A stretch of DNA of 64,000 nucleotides, from contig OZ024743.1 of NCBI GenBank assembly GCA_964016885.1, positions 62,186,001-62,250,000 of the forward strand. The letters run 5' to 3'. The notes under the pieces were generated by a model. It had not been told where the DNA came from. It saw only the letters and a list, made by a program, of their open reading frames with translations, and ran no database searches. The position numbers were made by a program, and so were the translations under genes. The stretch comes from Eledone cirrhosa (Eukaryota). Within the stretch, counting starts at the first letter, position 1. Every line of letters begins with the position of its first letter. Below, piece after piece: positions 43,243 to 57,775 of the stretch.

Positions 43243-45339
43243 TATATGAAATTATTTTTCATGTAACCCCACCCAACATAAAAAAATAGGTAAACTAATA
43301 CAGTAAATCTCAAACATCCATGACACACGAAATACAATCACTCAGCTATAACTAATTACAACTAACACAATTTATTGACCATCTTTAGTCATTTAACAAT
43401 GTATCATACTCATATTAACAAACTAAATAGCGTAGACAAAACCAACAAATTAATGCAGACAATATATTATACCTTCTACAGCGAAAGATACTTTACCTAA
43501 GTTAAACATACCTTAAAGAGAAGAAAACCATCCTACTCCTCCTTAATATATATGTGTACGTATAGATGTATGTATGTACGTATGTATGCATGTATATATA
43601 TATATATATATACGTATATATATATATGTATGTATGTATGTATATATGTATGTATAGATGTATGTGTATGTGTGTGTGTGTATATACTCACATATATGTG
43701 ATGAGAGTATGTGTGTGTATTAAGTCTACTTTGTTTATGGAAAGGGCTATAATATATATATTGGATTTAATGTATGTGTGAAATCTAAAACATATCCGTG
43801 ATGAATGTGCTGCTGAGCTTGGAATCCCGTGTGTTAACTTAAAGACGATCTCTACGTGAGGTAATTTAATGGAAAACCAGTAGAGTAGGTTAAGTGTTAA
43901 ACTGCCCTTAATAACCTAGCTGTTTTCTTTGTTGATTGATCACGACGTGATGCTGTCGTAAAGTAAAGTAAATGACTTACATTGAGATCAACTTGATAAA
44001 CGTTAGTATTGACATTGTTTGTTGGGTCTTCGTCAGTTCTAAATACGAGCCCTCAAGTTGTATGAACATAGGAACAGCTTGCTCACCAAACTAACATGCA
44101 AGTGACTTGACATTCCAAAGACACATCCACACATGACGTAGTTCTCAGGGAGATTCAGCGTGACACATGTTCAATTCATTTTTACCGGTTTCGTGGACTG
44201 AAGCGGCGTGAAATAAAGTGCCCTGCTCAAGGGGGAAAAGCGTCACCCAGTTCGGAACGATTTGCAGTAATAAAATGTTTTCTGATTTAGGCACAACGCC
44301 AACAATTTGGAAGGATGGGAAAGTCGATTAAATCGACACCAGTACGTTATTGGCAGTTTATTTTATCGAGCCCGTAAGGATAAAAGGCAAAATTAACCTC
44401 GGTGGGATTTGAACTCAGAATGCAAAGAACCCGAACAAATGTCCCAAATCATTTACCCAGCGCTTTAACGATTCTGCCAATCCACCGCCCTTTTGGCAAT
44501 AATAAAATTACATCTAAATCAGCCTAAAAACCTCCCCCACCTAGGCGTAAAGCTTGTCACCCTCACCCCTTCTTCCTATCTTTCTTCCGTGTCTTAATAG
44601 TTCTTGCTCTTTCCCTCCTTTTCTTCTCATTTATAACATTTTTAGTCCTTTCCTTTACTTCCCTATACAACCAGATCTGCCCTTCTTTACCCCTTCCTCC
44701 TTTTTTTTTCATTATTTATATAATTAATTATGAAAACTTAATAAATAATGTAAACTAAGTAGAAGAAAAAATTAGCACGGTGACAGCCAGAGCCAGCGCT
44801 ATACCAATAAGGTTAACTCGGTAGCCTATGGCGCAAACTTCGGAGAGGGACATTACACAGCCTTTACCACCTGGATACCAACCTTCTCAAAACTGCCCTT
44901 GTTTTTCTGTGAAACAAAACAACACATTTTAAAGGGTTCATATTTTAATTAAAATCTTCCAATATAGTTTTATATACAAAAATCTTTTGTTATGTTACAA
45001 ATGTCATCTTCATAAGGAAATAATCAATAATTTTAGTTAATCCTTCCAAATACTTCATTAATTAATTCACATGCAGTGTATTTCATTAGAAATATGGTAA
45101 TGAAAGGATTAAAGGATCGGTTTGATACAAATTTGTTTAACTACATTAAATAATTCCCTGGAATCAACATATTGTTTTTCATGGCAGTGCTGTGGAAATA
45201 CCCAAAGCTGTGGGTGCCACATGATTTGGCGCAGATAAGTGTGATAGAAAATGCAAGCTTAGTAATTTTTTTAGTAGGGTTAAAGCAAGAAGTGACAAAT
45301 CTAGGTTTGTCAGCTTACCAAACTGCTAGTTGAAATTAT

Positions 45340-45523
45340 GGTGGATTGGCAGTACCGGTAGAGGGTCGGACGCCATGCTTTGACGTATAGTTACGTCCCT
45401 TGCCATTCTGAGTTCAAATCCCGCTGAGGTTAACTTTGCCTTTCATCCTTACGGGGTCGATAAAATAAAGTACCAGTAATGCACTGAGTAATTGCTCGCC
45501 TTGTGCCAAAAGTAGAAACAATT
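45340..45523 (+). mobile_element. Family-A SINE, near full length
   Basis: ggtggattggcagtaccggtagag...gagttcaaatcccgc...gtagaaacaatt. Confidence 0.9.
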
Positions 45524-47713
45524 ATTTAGGAGAATGGGACGCATAACTGAAAGAAAGGACGCATAATTGATAGAGCTCCAAATACCCAGACTCCAGCTCA
45601 AGAGGTTATGGTGTCTATATAGATATCAAAGCTGATAAGTTAGTTCCTCATCTACATAAGTCTAATTTGTTTCTAAGAAATGTGGATTCAGTTGTTTATA
45701 AATGTAAACAAACACAAAAAAATCAATGGGGTTAATTTTTACACGCTATAAGATTTGACCTCGATTATATTTATACTCAGAACATAAGAGGCCATAACTG
45801 TCAGACGCTCAAATCACTTTCACTATAACAACAACAACCAAAGGTGGGCCTTAAAGATTTGGCAGAGTTGAAAAGTTAAACTATAAATCTATTTTAATGT
45901 GAAAGTTGATCAACAGAATTGGTCGTGAAACAGTTGCTACAAGTGTTTATTACCACCATTTATGTAGCTAGCCACACCAATCACGTTTTTCTCTCTATTA
46001 CACATAATACAGGTATCGTACTCATCTTGCCACACGGCCCAATTCGACAAGGTTTTATAGAAGCAATGTTTCTATACTCTTCATGATTTAGTGTAGTGTC
46101 TGCTTTGTAATTCTGTCCTTGTTTATAATTTATAATATAATTTAGGTTTTCTTTCAAAGCAAGGAAATCTAATCTCGTTAGATAGCAACTTTATAAATGC
46201 TTTTGTCTGAAACCAAGACCGTGGCGAGCTTATATACATATATATTGTGTTATAAATCAACTGTAGTTATTAGTATACTTGTATCTCTCCTGTATTGCTT
46301 TCGTTAGGTTTTAGCTATGGCTATGGTGTAATGTTTTCTATTAATTACAAATAAACACTCAATTTACTGATCATGTATATTGTGACAAAAGAGATGAAAA
46401 TAGTACTTTGCCTTTGATAAACCACTCTCTAGATTTAAGATACAATCAGACACACACACATATGTGTGTATACCTAATCAGCGCCTTATACAAACAAACA
46501 CATATGCTACTGTTGATTTATGTGTGTGTGTACGAATATATGAATATTGGTAGTCTTCCATACAAGTAGGAATATAAGGAAAGGCTTTGGGTGTGAAAAT
46601 CCATTTGGGGTTTTAATTTTGTTTTTAAAAATTGATAAATTTAAGGTCTCCAAGTACATTTTCGACTCTAAACACTTACCTTATATATAATGTTTAAATA
46701 GGATCATATCCATGACGCAGGGGTCATTAAAGTTATATAGCAGGCATAACTAACTACATATAAGAGTAAACGATATTTCAATATCGTCTCCCAAGTCGAG
46801 CGACTACGTACAGGCTCTCTCGTTGGATCGTATAGCATTATGAGAATGTGGAGTGTGTGTGGGGGGGGGGGGGGGGGATTATTTTATTGTTTATTTTTTG
46901 TTTATTTGAATTTGTTATTCTTATTTCTGTTATTAATTACTGAATGTTGATGCTTATCAAATCCTTCTGGGCTTGATGAAATAAAGTATTAGTCAATTGA
47001 CTTATCCCTATCCTATCCCTAATTTGCAGGCAGTATACTTAAATTAGAAGTTTTTTTTATAAATTACTGAATGAGGGCTGTGAAATTGAAGAATCGTTAC
47101 AGCGCTAGACAAAATATTTTGCCATATTTGTTTCGGATCTTTGCGTTCTGAGTTCAAATGCCACCGATGTCAACGTTACTTTTCATTCGGCGGTGATAAA
47201 TCAAGTACTAAGATCTATAAGCAAAGTTTGTTTCCTAGAGCAGCGCTGTGTGGTCATTATTGTGATATGACTTAGTTATTGTGATGTGAATTAGTTATTA
47301 GGGTGATGGTTTCATGATCAGGTTGTTCTCACGAATCAACTAGAACACTCATCATCGAAACCGACGGAGATCCAACATATGTCTTACATAATAGAACGTA
47401 TGTAAGGTAACATAAACTAACGTATGTAACTTGTTGCATTGAAACTCGAGATAAAAATAAATAAAATATATGAAGGACTCGTGTTGTAAAAGAAATACTT
47501 CGTTTGTTATTCGGTTCAAATTTTCCAATGTTAAGATTTAAAGAGAAAGGGCAGCAATAATTGATATGTAGTAAATTACATGTTAGCACAGCAACCTTGA
47601 AATAGATTCTTAAACATTGACTAAAAATATTTGACCTAAATCTTTTCAAAGTCAGCAAAACGATAAAAGATATTAAGGGAAAACAGAGATTACTCTGTAT
47701 GGTGTCTAGGTTA

Positions 47714-47753
<40 letters not shown>

Positions 47754-47782
47754 GTGTGTGTGTGTATTTAATACTCTATTAT

Positions 47783-48895
47783 GTATTCCAGCCGACAAGC
47801 TAAGACCATGCTGGGGCACCGCCATTCTTACTGCCGCCCTTATCTGTACTTCGCCTCGTGCTGTGGGTTCATCAGGGATCTTGGTCTGCAGCATGTCGAG
47901 ATGTCTTTTGAAAACATCCACATGCACACCATATAGATCTCTCAGATTTGGGGGCAACTTATTAAAGAGCTGTGGGTTTTTTAAACCCCAGGCTATAGCA
48001 ATGTGTGGTCCTTATTCTTGATGCGACGGATGGAACCTCTGGCACTACACAGTGACATCCTGTTCGTGGGATGGTCACACCTTTAATACCAAAGTTGGGT
48101 GTTAACCCTTATAGGATCTTCCATACGTATATCACTGCGTATCTCTCCCGTCTTCTCTCTAGGGAATAAAGCTTTAGTTGTTTCAATCTTCTTGGTATAG
48201 CTTCGTTGGATTGCTTCAAGTTCTGCAGTTAGTTTGATACTGTGGAGAGATTACAGCCGAGATCAATAGTCCAGTCAGCTGAGGACGGAAGTCCTCCAGA
48301 GGACCAACATGGTTTCCGGGTCTCTTGTCCTGAATGTCCTCAGAATCCAACCCGCCAGTCGTCGGCACTTTGCCATCATTTTGGTGATGTGTTCATGAAA
48401 AGATACATAGTTGTTCATGTCAATAGCCAGGTCCCGTATCGATTTGGACTCGGGGATTCGATTCCTCCTGATCCAGTGTACCTTTGTTATGGTAGTCCTA
48501 TGTTTGTGGGTTGATATCGGTGGGCTTGAAACTTACCTACATTTAACTTCATATTGTTGTCTTCAGCCTATTCGTATATGGCATCTAAATTTTGTTGTAA
48601 GAGAGTAGCACCAGCCAGTTTCTTGATTGCCTGTGCTACTTTCGTATCATCAGCATGTGAGGGAGGCTGTCCGCATTACAAAGGGTGTATCTGAGAAGGC
48701 CACCACAAACAGTAGTGGTCTCAAGACAGTTCCTTGGAGTACGCCGCTTGTTATTGACGTTTCCTTTGCGAGGGCCCCGTTAGTTGCAACAGGCTAGCTT
48801 CTGTCTTTTAAGAAGTCATGAAGCCATTCACCCAGTTTTCTAACCTTGTCGAAGGCCTTCGCAAAGTCGAGATATATCGCATTCATGTTCGAACT
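47783..48895 (-). mobile_element. Decayed CR1-type LINE 3' portion
   Basis: Homologous to 59571-60850 (IYLDFAKAFDKV, LRDLYGVHVDVFKRHLD...IPDEP) with frameshifts. Confidence 0.88.
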
Positions 48896-49054
48896 GCCTT
48901 GCAGCTGTTAACGGTAAATGAAGTGTGACATATTATCCCCGCGACTGTTTTCCTAGCCTTGCAACCTTTAGGTTCACAAGATAAGAAACTCTACTAGACA
49001 CAAGAAAACCCTTCTTATTCTCTTAACTCCCTTTTTAACTGGATCTTTTATTTC

Positions 49055-49583
49055 TTCTTTTTCTTCTTCACCCACTTATTCCTGAGAGGCTCGTGGGGGC
49101 AGAGTCCTCAAACACGCCTTCCAGCGGGTCCTGCCAGAAGCAACCGTCCCTAACTGGTCCGGTTGGATCCCCAAGCGAGACCAGCCAAGCTCATAAATTT
49201 TATCCATCCATCTTGCTCGGGGTCCATCCTGGCTCTCCTGTCTTTTGGTTTTGCTCGTAAAATCTGTGCAGCGATTCTTTCCTGATACATTCTAAACATA
49301 TGCCCATATCATCGGAGCTGTGATCTCTCAATTCGGAGAAGTAGCGGCTCTACTTGGAGTGACTCTCTGCTCTCTGAGCTACGCACTCTATCGAGTAATG
49401 TTACTCCAAACACCCTTCGGACGAACCACATTTCGGCCCTTGTATTCGCGATCGTATTCTTTCGGTCATTACCCAAGATACCATAGGTGAGGGTTGGCAT
49501 GAATACTAATTGAAGATAGCGAGTTTGACTTTTACACCTACCCCCCTTCTTCTGATTACCGAATGGTGAAGCTCTCACACTGC
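49055..49583 (-). mobile_element. RTE-clade (Rex3/Expander-like) LINE 3' fragment
   Basis: FMPTLTYG...AEMWFVRRVFGVTLLDRVRSSESRESLQVEPLLLRIERSQLR; homologous to 23483-24160. Confidence 0.85.
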
Positions 49584-49666
49584 TAGATCTATAGTCAATT
49601 TATACGAGACAATAATGGCATTTAACATACCTTTTACTAGGTACAGTAAACACACCACACGCGAGC

Positions 49667-49770
<104 letters not shown>

Positions 49771-50032
49771 GTGTGTGTATGTACACACACACACGCATGT
49801 GTATATATATATATATATATATTTAAATCAGTTTGACAATCGCCACCGACGAATGTATGAAAGTTCCCCAGGAAAGTTAACCAGGAATCTTTAACCAGGA
49901 AGTTAACAAAGATCTTACTAGATCTACCAAAACTAAATTGTAAAATCATATAAAATTAAATTAAATTGTTTAGAACTACAAGTGAAGTCATCCTTTTCCT
50001 TTTTTTAAATATACCTAAGATTTCACTCATTT

Positions 50033-50085
<53 letters not shown>

Positions 50086-51893
50086 CTTATATATAATTCC
50101 CGTTCTGTGTGTGTGTGTAAAAGAGTTTCACTTGGAAAATATTCCATCGATCTCTGTCAAAGTAAACACAGCCAAAATAGGCTACCGTTTGTAACATCAA
50201 GAAAAAATTATTTCATAATGATTAATTTCGAAGTCACAAACTTCGATTTTATAATCTTATAGACTTTTGCACTAACAAATTCCATGACGGCCATAAAGAG
50301 AGAGAGCGTTCCTTTTACACACTTCTTAACTCTCCCCCTTCCACAACACGACGTTATGGGATTGTATGTGTATGTGCGTGCGTATATGTGTGTGTATGTG
50401 TTTGTGTGTGTATGTGTGTGTGTGTGTAATTTCCATAACGGCCAGAGAGAGAAGGATGTGTGAGAGGGAGATAGAAAGAGAGAGTGAGAGAGAGAGAGTA
50501 AAATAAAGAAAGAGAGGAGTGTGTGTGACGCGAATATGATAAATACAGCGTTTATAATTTTAACTTATTTATTACACTTCTTAACTCTCCCCCTTCCACA
50601 ACGTCACGTCTTGGGATTGTGTGCGTATGTGTGTGTGTGTATGTGTGTGTGTTTGTGTGTATGTGTGTGTATGTTTGTGTGTGTATGTGTTTGTGTGTGT
50701 GTGTACATGATGGATGTTTTAAAATACACATTGTTCAACCGACACGGCTAATGATACATTTCTCTATGTTCACATTTTAATGACACATATCTGTAAATAA
50801 AACTTGCTCTTTTTGAATACCGTCTCATTTTTTTTAATTGAAAGAGTTGATCACGTAAAATTATCCTCCAAGTTAAACATACAACACGGAAATTGACCAT
50901 TAACATTGCAGTCCTACCAAGAACTGACACCGTCCAATGGACGGGAGTCATTTGCTAGTATATATATACATAATCGGAGAAAGCTAAAAGCGATACTCCG
51001 GCCAAATTCCAACTCACTCAACAAACATTAGGAAATACCTGAGTATATTCCCAATTAAACGTGTGGGGTGCTAACTATATTGTATTGTGTGGATAATTGG
51101 CTGTATTATTTCATGAGATATATCAAATATATCATTTCCCAGACGACTCGTTTCATTATAAGATTTCAACAAGTTGGGTGAAATGATACCAAGTTATGTA
51201 GAAGCTTGTATAAGATCAACAGATACTTATTCAAGTTGGCTCTTATAAATCTTCAGTGGGTACCCAATAATATTAATATTGATAACCAAATCAACATCAA
51301 TATTTAGCAATAATCACCATCAGTGCTTGAGGGGACTGCTAGGTTGTTAGTCCAGCAGTTCTAAAGAAAATCTCACACTAACATATAATAAATTGAAGTG
51401 AAAACCAACAGGTGCGTATGTTTTTATTGGCAGCATGACCCTCCTAAAGTGTATATATATATATATATATGTATATGTGTGTGTATTGGGCCGCCATCAG
51501 TTTCAACGATGAGTGTTTCAGTTGTTTGGTCAAAGGAACATCAAGTGGCTGAGTATTCCACAAATACGTGTACCTTTAACGTAGTTCTTGGGGAGAATCA
51601 GTACGACACAGTATGTGACAAGACTGGGTCTTCGAATTACAGATTCAATTCGTGTACCCGTCCCCATCTCACACCTAATCTAATTCTCGACATCACTATC
51701 CTGAACGGAACACCCTAACCACTAAGCCATGTGCATTCCTTATTACTCATGCTGCTGCTACTACTATTACTACTACTACTACTACTACTAGTAATTACGA
51801 AATAATATCTATAGGACGACACAGCAAGGTATACAATAGACAAAGGCTCACGTGAGTAGAAGTACGATAGGAACTAAATGAAAGCAGTATACA

Positions 51894-51956
<63 letters not shown>

Positions 51957-52312
51957 CACACACATATCTACATATACATATACATACACGCATATATATA
52001 AATAGATAATGTTACAAATATAGACAATTCTATTCTGATTAAGCAAATATTTGAACAAGAATATGAATTGTTAAACCATTTAATAATTTATGCGAAAGAA
52101 AAGGAACAAAGACACATTTTTCTTCCCACGATTCTTTCATTACAATTTTCCTTCTTTTCATTGAAATACGAAAAATTGTGAATTTTTTTAAAAGCTATGT
52201 AACTAAATTACCTTAATTATGGTAATGTTTTGTTAAAAACAAAACATTCCGAACTTGTAATGGTTCCCTTGTTGTCTCATTCTTTCATTCGCTCTCTCCC
52301 TCTCTATCTATC

Positions 52313-52727
52313 AAGGGCTGAGGTCAGACACCTTTCTCTTCGGCGAGCAACTGATTCGTTTTTTCAAATATCATTTTGGAAGAAGAATCAGGATGGAGAG
52401 AGAGGTGCTGTACCCCAGCAAATTTTATAAAAGGTGGGTGAATGTGACAAAGATGGCCCGAGTGGTTGGGCCTTCTCTCTATATAAGCCTGTAGGTTGAG
52501 GAAAAAGAGGAAGAGAGGAAGGGAGTACTCACTCTTGGTGCTCCTGGAGATGAGGGTTGTACATTTTTTCGGGGTGTGTACAACCCCTGTGTAACGCCTC
52601 CCCCCTATTGGGGATTTCAATTGTTATTTGTTATTTTATTAATAGTTTTATTTTCATATACCTGTATGTAAACACCCATTTGTATTTGTCCCCTTCTTTT
52701 GTGCCCTTGTGGCTAATAAAGAAATTT
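52313..52727 (+). mobile_element. L1/Tx1-like LINE 3' end (ORF2 C-terminus 52315-52494 plus 3'UTR with AATAAA) in a (TC/TCTA)n tract
   Basis: Frame missed by the ORF track: GLRSDTFLFGEQLIRFFKYHFGRRIRMEREVLYPSKFYKRWVNVTKMARVVGPSLYISL*; AATAAA at 52715. Confidence 0.6.
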
Positions 52728-53769
52728 ATCTATTCCTCTATCTCTACTCTCTATCTCTCCCTCACCCTATTTCTCTCTCTTTCTCTCTTTCACTCTCTCT
52801 ATCTCCCTACCTCTATCCATCTATCTCGCTCCCTCTATCTCTAACTCACCCTCTCTCTCTATCTATCTCTCTATCTACCTATCTATCTATTTCTCTATCT
52901 CTATCCCTGTACCGCTCTCCCTCTCTCTCTCTATTTCATCCACACAAACTCTTTCCCTCTCTCTCTCTATCTCATCCACACAAACTCTCTCCATCTCTCT
53001 CTCTATCTCATCCACACAAACTCTCTCTCCTTCTATCTCTATCTCACCCACTCGCACTCTCTCTCTTTCTCTCTCTCTCACACACACACAAGATGAATTG
53101 AAACAGATCACGTTCTTAAATACATTACATGCATGTGCATGTACGTGTCGGACCTCCATCGGTTACGAAAAATGTCTCTTATGTTCAAGCCACCGCTACC
53201 ACCACCACTAATAGGGTGACAGCTGACCATTGAACACTTGTAAAGAAAGATAATGATTCGCTAATTTAGACTAATGAGACAGAGAGAGAGGGATAGGGGT
53301 GATAGAGAAGATGAGTGACAGAAGGAAAGGTGTGGAAGGGTGAGATAATATTATGTTTACGTATGTCTTTAGGTATGTGAATGTTTGTCGATGTGTGTCA
53401 TTCTGCGTGTGTATTTGTGTACTTTCAGTCTATGTTTGTTTGTACCTGAATGATTGTGTGTGTATGTGTGTGGTGTGCTAAGTGAAGGCCCGTGGATTAG
53501 TGGTTCGATTCACTGTCATGGGGACGCGAGTTACAATATCGGCTATGGATTGTGATCTTGAGCAAGGCACTTTATTTCACATTGCTCCAGTTCGCTCAGT
53601 TGGTAAAAATGAGTTGTATCTGTAATTCGGAGGGCCAGACTTGTCCCACACGGTTCCAAACTGAATCTCCCTGAGAATTACGTTAAGGGCATGAGTATCT
53701 GTGAAATACTCAGCTACTTGCACTATAATTTCACTGTTCCGTTGATCATACTACTGGGACACTTACATA

Positions 53770-53956
53770 CCGGGGTGCTGAAAAGTTCTTGGCTTAAGGG
53801 TATCACGAAAGGGTAGAGCTGTTGCCTTTATAGGGGAGGTGGAACCGCTGCAATAAGTGTGTGAATCTGAGAGGAGAATATGTTGAATAAAATCATAATT
53901 AACTGATCCTGCTAAATTTTCTTTTACCCAAAGCAAGGAACTTTTCAGCAACTCGG
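53770..53956 (+). mobile_element. Mariner deletion derivative (MITE)
   Basis: TIRs ccggggtgctgaaaagttcttggctt / aagcaaggaacttttcagcaactcgg; retains transposase end RWNRCNKCVNLRGEYVE*. Confidence 0.8.
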
Positions 53957-54944
53957 TGCATGCATGCATACATACATACATACATACATACATACATACA
54001 TACATACATACATACATACATACATACATACATACATACATACATACATAAAGATAAGAATGTATGGAGATGTTTCCGATGCGGTGATTCTGAGATGTTC
54101 ATTCCTTACCGCTTCATCTCCACATCATCAATGTTGTTCAAGGGAAAGCAAGGCATAGGCGAATACAGTTTGATACTAGCGTTGTCGCAGCTTATTTTTG
54201 TTCCCAGTTGAGTGGACTGAAATAATGTGAAATAAGTGCCTTGCTTAAGGACACAACGCGCCGCCCAGTCAAAGAATTAAGCGACCTTACGATCGTAAGC
54301 CTAACACTAATTACTAGGATACACACTTTCACATATCAGGCGGCGAGTTGGCAGAGCTGTTAGAACGTCAGATAGAATGCTTTATGGTATTCCTTCCGGC
54401 TCTCTGATCTCTGAGTTCAAAAACCCGTTGAAGTCAACTTTGCCTTTCATCCTTTCGAGTTCAATTAAAAAAGTACCAGTCTAGTTCTGGGGTAGATTCT
54501 TCCTTTATATCTCTTTCTTATTTCCTCTCTCTCACTTTCTATCTTTCTCCGGAAGAAATCTGCTGTACTCAGGCCTGGAGAGGAATGGGCTCCACCAGGT
54601 TTTTAAATGTCAATACGGTGCCCCTACGACTCTATCAGGAGTTACGGGACCACACATACATACACCTTTACATACCTCTAAATTTAAAGTCGACAGAATA
54701 CGGATTGTAGGACCTCCATGCTTTTCCCAAGAAAGTTGTTGATCAAGTAGACTTAAGATAAAAGGCATACTAGCCGTGACCATCCCATCGTGTTTGGAGC
54801 TCAACGACTACAATATCTAATGGTACGTTTTTGTTTTAAGAGGGTAGGATGTAGTTTGAAGGAGATGTGGCTGATATTTCTAGCAGATCGCCTAACTACA
54901 TAAAGTAGATAGTTGTGCTTACAACTTTAAATCGAGTATTACTG

Positions 54945-55248
54945 TATGGTTAAGGACTTCGATTCACGTGGTTCTAGGTTCAATCCCGATGCGCGGCACT
55001 TTGGGCAAGTGTCGTCTACTATAACCTTGGCTTCACCAATGCCCTGTGATTGGAATTCGATAGGCGGAAACTACCGAAGACCGTTGTATGTGTGTCGGTT
55101 CATGCCTATGGTTACGTCGGTGTCTGTGTTTTTATCCAGTAACTTAGCGGTTCGACTAAAAGAGATCGACAAAATAAGTACAGGTATTGATATGACACCG
55201 CAGCATAGTCTCAGTCTAATGACTGAAACTAATAAAAGAATAAAGAAC
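54945..55248 (+). mobile_element. tRNA-derived SINE (CORE-like ttgggcaagtg) with CR1-derived tail
   Basis: B-box ggttcaatccc; tail cagcatagtctcagtctaatgactgaaactaataaaaga resembles the LINE end at 60802-60850. Confidence 0.6.
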
Positions 55249-55539
55249 AAAATATGTTAATTTGACGTAACAATGACGTCATTAGTGTTTTTATCTTTAT
55301 TTCCCGTATACTTTTATTTTTATTGGTTTCGTTATATATTTTTAGATTTATATAGTTTTATTTTTATTAATTTATTTATGTTTAATTCTTCAATGCGGAT
55401 GTAGGGATGGAGACCACTCCTAGCACACGTGGTATTAGAAATAATACTAGAGATGTAATTTATAGTGGGTATAATAAATAGCTACTGTTGTTCACTTACT
55501 AAAATACATGAAATGATATACGGACATTTGATTCCTACT

Positions 55540-55990
55540 TAGTCCATGGAACCTACTACTGAAACACCGTCCAGATATGTTTGCCAGTGAACTCTTGTTA
55601 TTAACTAAATACCCAGATATGTTTGCCACTGAGTACTTGTCATTGACTAACCACTATCAATACCACTAAGATATAGTTATTCATTAAACGCCATCCAAAT
55701 ATGTCTAACATTGATCTCTTGTCAAACTTCTTTCGGATATCACCAACACCACCTAGATATTTCTTACAGTGAACTCATATTATTGACTTCACACCAACAA
55801 CACTAACATCCAGATATATCTAGCCGTGGGCTCACGTCATTGACTTAACACCTTTTATATATGCCATTGACTAAACACCTTTCAGTGAGCTCTTGTCATT
55901 GACTAATACTTAGACATGTCTAACATTGAGTTCATGTTATTAACAGCTCACCAACACCATCGTCACCTAGATATATCTACCACTGGGTTC
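55540..55990. repeat. Degenerate ~45-60-bp tandem repeat (cagatatgtttgccagtgaactcttgtcattgactaa)
   Basis: About 8 diverged units. Confidence 0.7.
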
Positions 55991-56994
55991 AGTTTATCTG
56001 GTCTCCTACAAAGGTGCCTTTCTTCGTAAGTTTCTCGGGTGTTTTAGTTATAGAAGCCCAATTCCTATCTTGAGAAGAAACGTGAAACGAAGCGCCATGC
56101 TCAAGAAAACAATTCCTGTAATCGAGCCCACGACTTTATGATTGTGAGTTCAAAACCCGAACAAGTAAGCCACACACCTTCACACCTGAACTAAAAGGTC
56201 TCGAGATGCTACTCAGTTAGCCGGTACAGCTTGCAACAGTGAATCTCGCTGAAGTCATCCGAGAGTTATTCGATGTCTAACATCGAATAACTGGAAAAGC
56301 CCCTTTGGCAAAAACAATGTGAAATGATTTTACTATAGATTTAACCAATATATCATGGACGAAGATATTCAGTCACTTTAATCTCCAGACGTATGAATAT
56401 GTATGTAAGCATATATGATATTAGAGTAGGCATCGTGTGAATATATGTATACATATCCACACGTATATATATATCTGTGTGTAAATGTATATACAGTATA
56501 TATATATACATTTACACACGAAAAGGTGTGTGAATGTTCATGTCATGACTTTTTTGTAAATTATTTAAAGGAACAATACCTATCTGTCCCACGCACTGAA
56601 AACACAGTCAACTAATTTGTCCTTTCGTAGTCAGACCTATCCATCCAAGGGCTGTCAAAACTATTAACTAGTACAGGAATGGTCGCCCTCCTACCTCCTA
56701 CACTTATGATTGTCTGCCATGGATGCAGGAGCAATGACCAGTTTTATTTTGTTATCTTATTTTACTTTTTTCAGTTATTAGACTGCAACCTTGGTAGATC
56801 ATATATTTATATATGTCTTTGCATCTGTGACTTTGAGGATGTATAGGCATACGTATGTCTTCATATGTGGCTACATGTAAAGATGTGTATTGACCCTCAA
56901 CAATTATTTATATATGTATGTATGGATGGATGTATATGTATATGTATATGTGAGTATCTTTATGTATATATAAAGAGAGAGAGGGGGGGCGTAG

Positions 56995-57195
56995 AGTTCC
57001 ACAACAAATTAGCAAACTACATTCGAGGACACATGTTTCACCGCAGCCATACACAGGTTGAAAATCCCTCCTGTGAAACACGTGACCTCAAATATGGTTT
57101 GCAAATTTGTTGTGGAACTAACTGTATACCGAACTCGTACTTGAACTGAGTGCTCTACCAGCTTCGGATATAACCTCCCGGGGTTTTTTCCACTG
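56995..57195 (+). mobile_element. Fold-back PLE-like element related to 19573-19780; partial copy ~14140-14200
   Basis: 56995-57041 inverted at 57073-57119; GAAA-CACGTG-(T/A)C-CTC remnant; tail actgagtgctctacc. Confidence 0.65.
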
Positions 57196-57376
57196 TATAC
57201 ACACACACACACACACACACGCACACAAATACTCATCCTTTTCCATTTTTTAGAGGGTTTTAAACCCCACCATCATGCTAAAATTTCTTTAGTCAAACAA
57301 AAATACGGCGAAAGATTTTATTACTAGTAAATCTCAAACTTTGCTCAAAATTACTATATGTACATATATGCGTGTG

Positions 57377-57485
<109 letters not shown>

Positions 57486-57775
57486 AATGATATTGTCTTT
57501 TCCTGTGAATATGTTTTAAAATGTTAATAACGCAAACATACCCGTGGATGTGTCATAATATATATACATATGTGTGTGTATATGTATGCATTTGTGTATG
57601 TGTATATCCGAATTAATAAATATCAGCAGAAAGGCATCCATGAGTCCTGGACTGGTTGCGGCCCCCTTAGAGTGTAAGAAGTTAAGGGCCGAAATAGTTG
57701 CTTGAAGTGGGTATCTTCTCTGAAGAACTACTATTCGGCAGCCTTCCTCAGAGTTTCTTATCATCACTATCTCTG

